Assembly (NCBI GenBank): GCA_037441475.1
Contig: JBBISB010000001.1
Location: 607,465 to 639,464 of the forward strand
DNA length: 32,000 bases
Source of the DNA: Candidatus Iainarchaeum sp.
GTDB taxonomy: Archaea > Iainarchaeota > Iainarchaeia > Iainarchaeales > CSSED10-239
Direction of reading: 5' to 3'
Made by a program: the position numbers and the translations under genes. Shown in pieces: positions 8,442-16,013 of the stretch (positions within the stretch are counted from its first letter, which is position 1; each line of letters opens with the position of its first letter). The notes beneath the pieces are model-generated. The model was not told the origin of the DNA. It did no database searches and worked only from the letters and a program-made list of their open reading frames with translations.

Positions 8442-9767
8442 ATGAAAAAAATAGTTTTAATTTTCTTAATGGTTATCTTAATATCAACAAACATCTTCTC
8501 CTTATCTTTGTTTGGAGCACAGGATATTTCAAGAAAATACCTTTCTGAAAATGACATGATAGATACCTTTACTCAACCTAAGATAGTTTGTGAAAAGAAA
8601 GATTACTTTGTAATACCAATCATTAATCCCTTAGGAGAGCCTGTTCTCTTCATCCCAATCTCAATTGAGAGCTCAGATCTTTTTTTAAGCAAAACAGATT
8701 CTTTTAATATAAAACTTATAAAAACAGGATACCTTGTAAAGCAATTAAGAAACTCAGACTCCAGTAACTATTTATCCCCTCAACTAATAGATAGAATAAA
8801 TTCTTTAATAACTTCCTTAAACTCAAAGAAAGCACAATTAAATGGTCTTTTACAAAAGAACTATTCTTTCCCTGTAAGGGAGCAGCTTACAAAAACTATA
8901 AACCAGATAGATGTTTTAATAGTCTATTTAACAGACTTAAAAGAAAACTCTTCCAATCTTTTAAACTCACAAAATAGTTTCTTATCCTCTCCTAACTGCG
9001 ACTCTACGGCTTCTTTACTTTCTTCCTTTGATACTTCTTTTGAAGGATATAAAGAGCTTTCACAAATTTCCTTACAGTACATACAATCAACTGAAGCTTT
9101 AGTTACAAGACTTGTTGCTGATGAAACAATACCTGCTCAAGAGATTTCAGGAATTGTGAGTGTAGCCTCTCCTCCACAAAACCTAAACTCACAGGTAAAT
9201 TACATTTTTGAAAGCTTTTCTTCTACCAGTGCCTTTTACTCCAAGCAATCAAATGACTTGAAGGGTGTTAATGGTGATAGAAAAATAAAAATATATATTG
9301 ATAATCTTTCTTTAAGAAAAGAAAGTGTTGATTTAAAAAATCTTTTAGAAAAATATGATCCTTCCTTTCCAAACTATTCAAACCTTGATTCTGTAGTTAA
9401 AACAATTTTAGATCAGCAGTATAGAACAAGCTGGGTTGAACAAACAGAAGTTGAAAATGTTTTTAAAACCTATAATGAGATTAACGAGCTTACAAAGAAT
9501 GCTAGATACTCAGATGCAATTACAAAGGTTTCTTCTTTAAAAAAATCAGCTTTAAAGGTCCTAGAATCAGGTTTAATGGAAGAAGAGCCAAATGAGATAA
9601 GTAATACCTTTTACTATATTTTTGTAGGTGTAATTATTTTAATGCTTATAATCTTTTTAATAATCATAAAAAAGAAAAGTAAAGAGAGACCTTCAGTTTA
9701 TAAAAAAGCAAAAACAAAGAAGGAGAGGGATGGTCTTTTTACTTACGACGATCCTTTAATTTTCTAA
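8442..9767 (+). CDS. Type-I membrane protein with a large helical ectodomain, unknown function
   Basis: It has a signal peptide (MKKIVLIFLMVILISTNIFSLSLFG), a Ser/Asn/Leu-rich ectodomain of about 370 aa, a C-terminal TM (FYYIFVGVIILMLIIFLIII) and a basic tail of about 30 aa. AGGA precedes the ATG. Confidence 0.6.
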   Translation: MKKIVLIFLMVILISTNIFSLSLFGAQDISRKYLSENDMIDTFTQPKIVCEKKDYFVIPIINPLGEPVLFIPISIESSDLFLSKTDSFNIKLIKTGYLVKQLRNSDSSNYLSPQLIDRINSLITSLNSKKAQLNGLLQKNYSFPVREQLTKTINQIDVLIVYLTDLKENSSNLLNSQNSFLSSPNCDSTASLLSSFDTSFEGYKELSQISLQYIQSTEALVTRLVADETIPAQEISGIVSVASPPQNLNSQVNYIFESFSSTSAFYSKQSNDLKGVNGDRKIKIYIDNLSLRKESVDLKNLLEKYDPSFPNYSNLDSVVKTILDQQYRTSWVEQTEVENVFKTYNEINELTKNARYSDAITKVSSLKKSALKVLESGLMEEEPNEISNTFYYIFVGVIILMLIIFLIIIKKKSKERPSVYKKAKTKKERDGLFTYDDPLIF

Positions 9768-11771
9768 TTTTTCTTTTCTTTTATAGTCTCTTAAATATTT
9801 ATTAAACTCAAGATGGTCTTTTGGAGGGTTCTTTCTTAAACCTTCAATAAACTTTGTTCTGTTTGTAATTATTTCTGTCATCTTTGTTTTAGAAATATTA
9901 TGTTCATTACAGATTTCTTTTAAAACATCACTATTGTATACAAGAGGTGCCTCTTTTTGGAAAAGATCACTTTGGGAGGTTGCACTTTTCTCTGCAAATT
10001 TATCTGTTGATTTATAGATAGGGTTATACTCAATTTTACCTTCTTTTTTATTATACCTTCTAATTTCGTCTATCTCCTTAACTTCTCTGTGCCCTTCTTC
10101 CCCAATACCTGTAAAACCAGTTACAATAACTATATCAAGGCTTGTTAATAACGAAGGATCAAGAGATATTGGAGGTGTAGTTATTCTTGTAACCAAGGCT
10201 TCAACACTCTTTGAGTGAACAGTTGATAGAGAACAGTGACCTGAGGCCATACCCTGGAACATAAGAGACATCTCTTCTCCCCTTACTTCACCTATGATTA
10301 AGTAATCTGGTCTTTGTCTGAATGATTCTTTTAAAAGATCATTCATAGTAACTTCACCATATTTCTTACCATTCTGGTCAGGTGGTCCAAAACCTGTTCT
10401 TGTTATCTGTGGAATCCAGTTATCAAGCAAAAGATTAATTTCTCTAGTGTCCTCAATTGATACCACTCTTTGTGCATCTGGTATAAAGGAGGATATAACA
10501 TTTAAAAGTGTGGTTTTACCGCCAGCTGTTGGTCCTATAAGCACCATGTTTTTCTTAAACTCAATAAGTGTCCAAAGGTATGCAACAATCTCTGATGTAA
10601 CTGTCTTGGAGTTAACAATATCAATTGTTGTTAATGGTTTTTGTGGGAATTTTCTAATAGTGAAAGTAGGTCCTCTTGTGGAGACGTTTGTTGTAAGTGT
10701 TGCATTAACACGAGAACCGTCTGGCAGAATAGCATCTAAAAGAGGAGATGCATATGAAACATAACTTTTACAAAGGTGTGCCATCTTAATAATAAACTGT
10801 TGAAGTTCATTTTCAGATTCTAAAACTAAGTTAGTAACAATGTGTCCATATTTTCTATGAACAATGAAGATAGGTATACTTATACCATCACACTCAATAT
10901 CTTCAATTAATGGATCGTGCATAAGTGGTTCTATCTTATCAAGTCCACTTACTTGTCTTACAATATAATAAACAATCTTGTCTTTCTGTTCTTTTGAAAG
11001 CTTTACTTTGTTTCTTGTAAATATCTTTTCAACTAAGGTGTACATCTGTGATTCATCAGTTAAGTCTGCTAAGGATATCTTGTTTATTAAAGCATCTCTG
11101 GTGTCTTTTAATATCTTTTCTTCTTCAGCAGTAAGTTCAGGTTCTGCAACCACATATACTCTTTCATGTTCGTTCTCTCTAATAAAGGCATATGCAAAAC
11201 CATGTATCAAGACTTGATAATTTTCAGGTAACAGTTCCTTAGGTGGATCAAAGATTGGTCTTATATCTCCTGGAACAGAGGCTTTTTCTAAAGTTATTTT
11301 TTCTTCTTCTTTCTTTTTATTAAAGATTCTTGTAAATATACTTTCTTTTGTTTTTATAAGGTTTCTATCACTTGCTTCTTTTTGTTTTATGACCTCAACC
11401 TCAATTTTTGCTTCTTCTTTTTTAATAGTTTTTTCTTTAGCTGAGAAAAGTTCTTTAAAAAATTTATTAAAGCTTGATCTATTGTGTGCCTTATAGATAG
11501 GAATGTTTCTTTGTTCAAGTGATTTTGAAAATTCAGAAAAAGAGTTGTTACAATCAACAAAGGCATTGACTGCCTTAATGTCGATCTTCTTAGTTTCGTG
11601 GAATATTTTTTTTTCTTTAAGTCTAATAACTACATCTTTTGCAGTTATTTTTCCTTGAAAGTATTCTTCAAATATTTTTTTTTCTTCAATGTTTCTAGAG
11701 TCTTCTATAGTTTTTAGTTTATTGACTTTGTCTGTAAGTTCTTTTGTGACTTTTAAAGAAGGAAAAACCAT
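9756..11771 (-). CDS. Type II/IV secretion-family ATPase (FlaI/ArlI/PilB-like) with an N-terminal extension
   Basis: Motifs present are Walker A LIGPTAGGKTTLLN, Walker B/Asp box PDYLIIGEVRGEE, His box GHCSLSTVHS and the FlaI-type N-domain RVYVVAEPELTAEEEKIL. About 190 Lys/Glu-rich residues precede the conserved core. Confidence 0.9.
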   Translation of the reverse strand: MVFPSLKVTKELTDKVNKLKTIEDSRNIEEKKIFEEYFQGKITAKDVVIRLKEKKIFHETKKIDIKAVNAFVDCNNSFSEFSKSLEQRNIPIYKAHNRSSFNKFFKELFSAKEKTIKKEEAKIEVEVIKQKEASDRNLIKTKESIFTRIFNKKKEEEKITLEKASVPGDIRPIFDPPKELLPENYQVLIHGFAYAFIRENEHERVYVVAEPELTAEEEKILKDTRDALINKISLADLTDESQMYTLVEKIFTRNKVKLSKEQKDKIVYYIVRQVSGLDKIEPLMHDPLIEDIECDGISIPIFIVHRKYGHIVTNLVLESENELQQFIIKMAHLCKSYVSYASPLLDAILPDGSRVNATLTTNVSTRGPTFTIRKFPQKPLTTIDIVNSKTVTSEIVAYLWTLIEFKKNMVLIGPTAGGKTTLLNVISSFIPDAQRVVSIEDTREINLLLDNWIPQITRTGFGPPDQNGKKYGEVTMNDLLKESFRQRPDYLIIGEVRGEEMSLMFQGMASGHCSLSTVHSKSVEALVTRITTPPISLDPSLLTSLDIVIVTGFTGIGEEGHREVKEIDEIRRYNKKEGKIEYNPIYKSTDKFAEKSATSQSDLFQKEAPLVYNSDVLKEICNEHNISKTKMTEIITNRTKFIEGLRKNPPKDHLEFNKYLRDYKRKEKLEN

Positions 11772-11802
11772 ATTTCATCAATATTCCCTATAATGATTTA
11801 AT

Positions 11803-12141
11803 CTATTTAACTTCAGGACCGTTAACTGTTTCTGTCTTTTTATTATAAAGGTCCTTTAAAGTATTTAACTTGTCGCTAATATCGTTTATTGTCTCAGCAA
11901 TCTCGTTCCAGATTATCTTTCTTTGATTTGTATTGTCATCTAAGTTTTTCTGGTTAACTTCCTGCATTGTAGCATAAGTAAACTTTGTAATTTCTTCTTT
12001 TTCAAGCTTACTTTTTGTGTTTTTAATTTCATTAGCAATTGTTTCTTTATGTTCCTCAAGAGCTCTTAAAATCTCTAATTTTGCAACAATTCCATTACTT
12101 TTTGTAACAATGTTACCTATATTTTCTTTAATTTCGTTCAT
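11803..12141 (-). CDS. Small cytoplasmic coiled-coil protein, unknown function
   Basis: It is about 112 aa from the ATG preceded by AAGGTG (the track starts 12 nt earlier at 12153). The sequence shows a heptad-like K/E/N-rich pattern with no TM segment. It lies 31 nt upstream of the ATPase. Confidence 0.5.
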   Translation of the reverse strand: MNEIKENIGNIVTKSNGIVAKLEILRALEEHKETIANEIKNTKSKLEKEEITKFTYATMQEVNQKNLDDNTNQRKIIWNEIAETINDISDKLNTLKDLYNKKTETVNGPEVK

Positions 12142-12228
12142 AATGACTAACACCTTTTTAAAATTGTTTAATATAATATATTATAAATTATTAGTTCGTT
12201 TACTTTATAAAGCTATCTTTTTATAGGT

Positions 12229-12690
12229 TTATTCTCTTACAATCCTTTTTTCCTTATCATTATATATCTTAAAATAATACTTAAGCTTATCTTTTGAAGA
12301 GATATTAAAAGAGCATTCTCCAAAAAGAATATTTTCTAAAACCTCTGCCTTTTCTAAAACAATTGTTTCTTGATCATTAATAATTGAATAGTTAAGATCT
12401 TGAAAATTACTTAAATAATAGTAATCTCCATCAAAATAGATGTTACATATCTTACTATTATAGTTATTAGATTTAATATATTCTTTAAAAGAAACATTCA
12501 ATTGGTTTAAGTTACTTTCATCTATGTTATTCTCTGTAATATACTTTAGTTCATTTTGATAGTTTGAAAGGATAATTTGTGCTTTATTCTCCTTATAGTT
12601 AATATTTGTTGAAATTAAGAATAACATGGTTGTCATTATCATTATAATAACAGCAATTATAATGTATGTAAACCCTTTTTGTTTCTTCAT
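12229..12690 (-). CDS. Pilin-like protein with a class III (type IV prepilin-like) signal peptide
   Basis: The N-terminus MKKQKG|FTYIIIAVIIMIMTTMLFLIS has a short basic leader, a Gly, then a hydrophobic helix of about 20 aa. It is small (153 aa), has two Cys in the globular part, and lies in the ATPase cluster. Confidence 0.6.
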   Translation of the reverse strand: MKKQKGFTYIIIAVIIMIMTTMLFLISTNINYKENKAQIILSNYQNELKYITENNIDESNLNQLNVSFKEYIKSNNYNSKICNIYFDGDYYYLSNFQDLNYSIINDQETIVLEKAEVLENILFGECSFNISSKDKLKYYFKIYNDKEKRIVRE

Positions 12691-12696
12691 AAGTAT

Positions 12697-13068
12697 TTAA
12701 CTCCAGATTAATATGTTTAATGTCTTATTACTATCATAAAAATAATAGTTTACAGCATATAAAGCTGACTTTGAGGGAACAGTATCTCCAAAATTATTAC
12801 AGTTCTCCTGATTTTCTAAAAAATCACAAAGCACAATTGAAAAGTTAGTGTCCATGTAAGTGTAAAGAGAGTTATAGATTGCAGCTGCATTATCAGAAGA
12901 TACCATTTCTCTAAAACTATTTTCTTGTGCTTTTAAGCTAACAACCTCTGATATCTTATCAGTAATTATGTTTTCCTTGTAGTCGTTCTTTGTATAACTA
13001 CTAAAGAGAGTGATCATAAACATCAAGAGTATCATTATAGCCATAACAGCTTCAAGTGTTTTAATCAT
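12697..13068 (-). CDS. Small pilin-like or pseudopilin-like protein (non-canonical N-terminus)
   Basis: MIKTLEAVMAIMILLMFMITLF is a hydrophobic helix at the extreme N-terminus with a TLE motif but no Gly-containing leader. It is 123 aa with a Cys pair (LCDFLENQENC). Only 6 nt separate it from each neighbour. Confidence 0.45.
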   Translation of the reverse strand: MIKTLEAVMAIMILLMFMITLFSSYTKNDYKENIITDKISEVVSLKAQENSFREMVSSDNAAAIYNSLYTYMDTNFSIVLCDFLENQENCNNFGDTVPSKSALYAVNYYFYDSNKTLNILIWS

Positions 13069-13074
13069 ATTTAT

Positions 13075-14049
13075 TTACCTTAGCATTCCATACATCATAT
13101 TCTCAACAATAGACATGTATTTTTCCTTATCATCCTCTTCTATCAAATACTCAGGAGGCATAGCATAATAGGCAACTCTGTTTGAGTTACTTAAAACTAT
13201 TAAAGGAAAGACACCTCGCTCTCCATAAGATACATTAGTATCTTTGAAAAGTCTTGACCCATAATCAAGTTTTAGAGGATTTGTCATTGGTTTTGTAACT
13301 TCAACTATTGCAAAGTCATCCTTTACCTCAAGATAACTTCTTAAACCATAAACATTAGGGTGATCTGAAGAGGGTATTAAAACACCGTTGTTTGAAAGTG
13401 GTCTTTTAAACTCCATTTGTAATCCTCCAGGAACAGTGTGTATCTTTGTTTCACAATCTTTAACCTGACAATAGTTTGTTAAATAGCTAACTCCTAGAAA
13501 ATCATCAAACCTTATCATGTAACCGTCTTTATCAAGTCTTGCCCACCCACTTATAATGTTTCCATCAAAACTACCTTCAACATCTCCTTTTGTAAGAAGC
13601 ATGTCCATTGAGGTTTCAGTTTCAGTTCCAGCATCTCCTATCCAGACTAGTCTTCCACCTTTTGCCACATAGTTTACAAACATCTCAAGTTTAGGTGTTG
13701 ATATCTTTCTTGATCTTGTAACAATTACCATTGCTTCTTTTTTAAGTTTTTCTTCACTAAGGTAGTTTATATTTTCAAGCCTCACGTTCATTCCAATAAT
13801 CTTATTATCCCTTATGGTTCTTTCAAGAAGGTAGGGGTTTCCAAGTCCTTCTTTATCTGCTGGGTTATAGACTATTAATATACTTGGTTGTTGTTTACCA
13901 GTAACAAGTGTCTGGGTTCCCCAATAAAGAGAGCACATGCCAGGTATATTTCTACATCTCATAGTTCCTGCCCACACAAATAGGTATAATAGTATTATCA
14001 CCATTAAAATAACAATTACAGTTTTCCAAATTAATTTTTTATTCATCAT
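13075..14049 (-). CDS. N-terminally anchored extracytoplasmic protein, unknown function
   Basis: The likely start MMNKK is preceded by GAAGG (the track starts at 14067). There is a single N-terminal TM (LIWKTVIVILMVIILLYLFVWAG), then a Cys-containing alpha/beta-looking domain (PSILIVYNP..., EAMVIVTRS..., FVNYVAKGGRLVWIGDAG). Confidence 0.55.
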   Translation of the reverse strand: MMNKKLIWKTVIVILMVIILLYLFVWAGTMRCRNIPGMCSLYWGTQTLVTGKQQPSILIVYNPADKEGLGNPYLLERTIRDNKIIGMNVRLENINYLSEEKLKKEAMVIVTRSRKISTPKLEMFVNYVAKGGRLVWIGDAGTETETSMDMLLTKGDVEGSFDGNIISGWARLDKDGYMIRFDDFLGVSYLTNYCQVKDCETKIHTVPGGLQMEFKRPLSNNGVLIPSSDHPNVYGLRSYLEVKDDFAIVEVTKPMTNPLKLDYGSRLFKDTNVSYGERGVFPLIVLSNSNRVAYYAMPPEYLIEEDDKEKYMSIVENMMYGMLR

Positions 14050-14154
14050 AATACCTTCTTTTATCAAAAATATATCTTTTCTTACATAAATTATATAAGA
14101 GTAAGTTATTTAATAGTTTTCTATATATATTATTACTGTAGAGGTGTTATTATT

Positions 14155-14319
14155 ATGAAACTTAAGCAAATGAAAAATACAAGTCAAGGCCCAAGCAGTG
14201 TTATTGGAATTATGAAGTTTAATGAAAGTTTATCTGGTTATAAGCTTTCTCCTGAATTGGTTATTGCTTTATCTGTTATTTTTGTAGTTGTTATTTTAGT
14301 TTTAAAACTTATAATTTAG
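14155..14319 (+). CDS. Protein translocase subunit Sec61-beta (archaeal SecG)
   Basis: This 54-aa ORF is below the ORF-track cutoff. GAGGTG lies 9 nt upstream. MKLKQMKNTSQGPSSVIGIMKFNESLSGYKLSPELVIALSVIFVVVILVLKLII matches the archaeal Sec61beta layout: a basic N-terminus, a P-S-S-x-G-(I/L) motif, K-(I/L)-S-P, then one C-terminal TM. Confidence 0.7.
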   Translation: MKLKQMKNTSQGPSSVIGIMKFNESLSGYKLSPELVIALSVIFVVVILVLKLII

Positions 14320-15848
14320 TTAGGTTTTATTAAGACTTTAACAATTTCTTCTCTTCCTTCACTGGTCAGGTATTTTGAGGCTCTTTCAAGAAGCTTAAAA
14401 TTTCCTGCAAAGTTATATTCTCCAATTATTATTTCTTCTTTGTTATTGTATATCTTAATATAATACTCGTAACTGTTTTCTTCTTGGTATTTTTCAAGAG
14501 TTTTAATTATTTTTTCATAAGTTATTAATGTTTCTTTGTTTTTGTAGTTTCTAATAGTAGGATAAGTAACATCCTCTAGATTAAGTCTTAGTTTAATGAA
14601 TGTTTTTTCTTCACAAATTAATCTAAAGCCATCTGTTATTTCTTCATAGCTACATTCTGCACTTTTGTTATCACTATTAAAAAAATCAAGTCCAACATAT
14701 TTATTTAAAATTTCATTTTCTAAAACAACTTTGTTTGCACTTGTAAAAGAAATATTAAAATCAAGATTTAAATAAAAGTCTATATTTTCGTCAGCATCTG
14801 CAACTATTATCATTTCCGCAAGATTTGGAAAAATAACTGCTCTGTGTTTTTGAGTGCTGTCCTTTATTATCCCTGGTTTATTATCAGTAACAGAGGAGTT
14901 GTTTAAAGAGAGAGGATAAGTAATATCTATTCTCCCAATATTCTCTCTTTCAAGATGTGTTTCTATCTCAAGATTTTGACCATTAACAGTTACATCAAAA
15001 TAATTAGTTTCAACTAAATTTCCTGTTTTTTTAAGATAATTATCAGCATACACTTCAAAGCTACTTAAAAAATAAGCCTCTACATTTGTAATTATAATTT
15101 TTCCTTTATTAATTGATGTTTGGTTTAATGTATCTACCACATATCCATTTAATGTACAGTTAACAACTCCCTTGTAGTTACTTGAAATTGAAAGGTTAAC
15201 CCAAAGGTTTTCGTCCACATTAACATCAACTGTGTCTTTTAAAAAAAGTCCTGATGAATTTCTATCATAAAGGTTAAGGTTGTTTCCTGAAAGTTCACAT
15301 AATGAAAAATTATTTGTATTTACATAATTAAAAAAAATATTAACATCAAGTGGTTCAAAAATAAATTGAGAATAGAAATTTGAATATTCTTCTTTTGTCT
15401 CAATAGTTGTTTCTTGATAAGCATATGCTTCTCCCTTAAAACTAATAATTTCTCCTTCTTTTAAACTAAAGTTTCTAAGATTATTTTCATCTATAAAGTC
15501 TTCTTTGAAAAGTAAGGTTTTTGTATTTATCTGGTTTGAATCAAAGTTATAAAATTTTGCCTTTTGCTTTACTGTTCCATACGCCATATTATTGTCTAAG
15601 ATATAGTTTGTGTTTGCTCTTCCGTAATTATTATCAATTTCTAAAAAATAACTATATACCTTATTTTCATCTGTAGAAAAAATAGTATACACATCTATCT
15701 TTTCTATAAGATCAGAGTAAACCATTTTAGAGGTGTATATCTCTTCTTGGCTTGTAATATCAGGTAGAAATCTTGGTATGGCTGTAATAACTATTAATAC
15801 AACAAAAACAAATATCACAAAGGAAACTATCCAGTCAACATGCTCCAT
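14316..15848 (-). CDS. Large N-terminally anchored extracytoplasmic protein, unknown function
   Basis: The 510-aa ORF has an N-terminal hydrophobic helix (MEHVDWIVSFVIFVFVVLIVITAIP) followed by an Asn/Tyr/Phe-rich domain that looks beta-rich. It is the first gene of the minus-strand cluster. Confidence 0.6.
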   Translation of the reverse strand: MEHVDWIVSFVIFVFVVLIVITAIPRFLPDITSQEEIYTSKMVYSDLIEKIDVYTIFSTDENKVYSYFLEIDNNYGRANTNYILDNNMAYGTVKQKAKFYNFDSNQINTKTLLFKEDFIDENNLRNFSLKEGEIISFKGEAYAYQETTIETKEEYSNFYSQFIFEPLDVNIFFNYVNTNNFSLCELSGNNLNLYDRNSSGLFLKDTVDVNVDENLWVNLSISSNYKGVVNCTLNGYVVDTLNQTSINKGKIIITNVEAYFLSSFEVYADNYLKKTGNLVETNYFDVTVNGQNLEIETHLERENIGRIDITYPLSLNNSSVTDNKPGIIKDSTQKHRAVIFPNLAEMIIVADADENIDFYLNLDFNISFTSANKVVLENEILNKYVGLDFFNSDNKSAECSYEEITDGFRLICEEKTFIKLRLNLEDVTYPTIRNYKNKETLITYEKIIKTLEKYQEENSYEYYIKIYNNKEEIIIGEYNFAGNFKLLERASKYLTSEGREEIVKVLIKPN

Positions 15849-16013
15849 ACTTTTTACCTTTTTTCTTTTCTAATAACATATAAATAATAAACATAAACTA
15901 TTTTATATATTATTATTTAATATATTATGACACATATATTATTATACCACACTATTTTATATGTTGCTGTTCAATATAATATATATAACATTTACTAAAA
16001 CAAGGTAAAATAC

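Noticed and set aside
15849-16013. The AT-rich 165-nt divergent region considered as a possible replication origin
   Set aside because: I found no ORB-like longer repeats and no adjacent cdc6/orc1 gene. The repeats are short and better explained as two divergent promoters.
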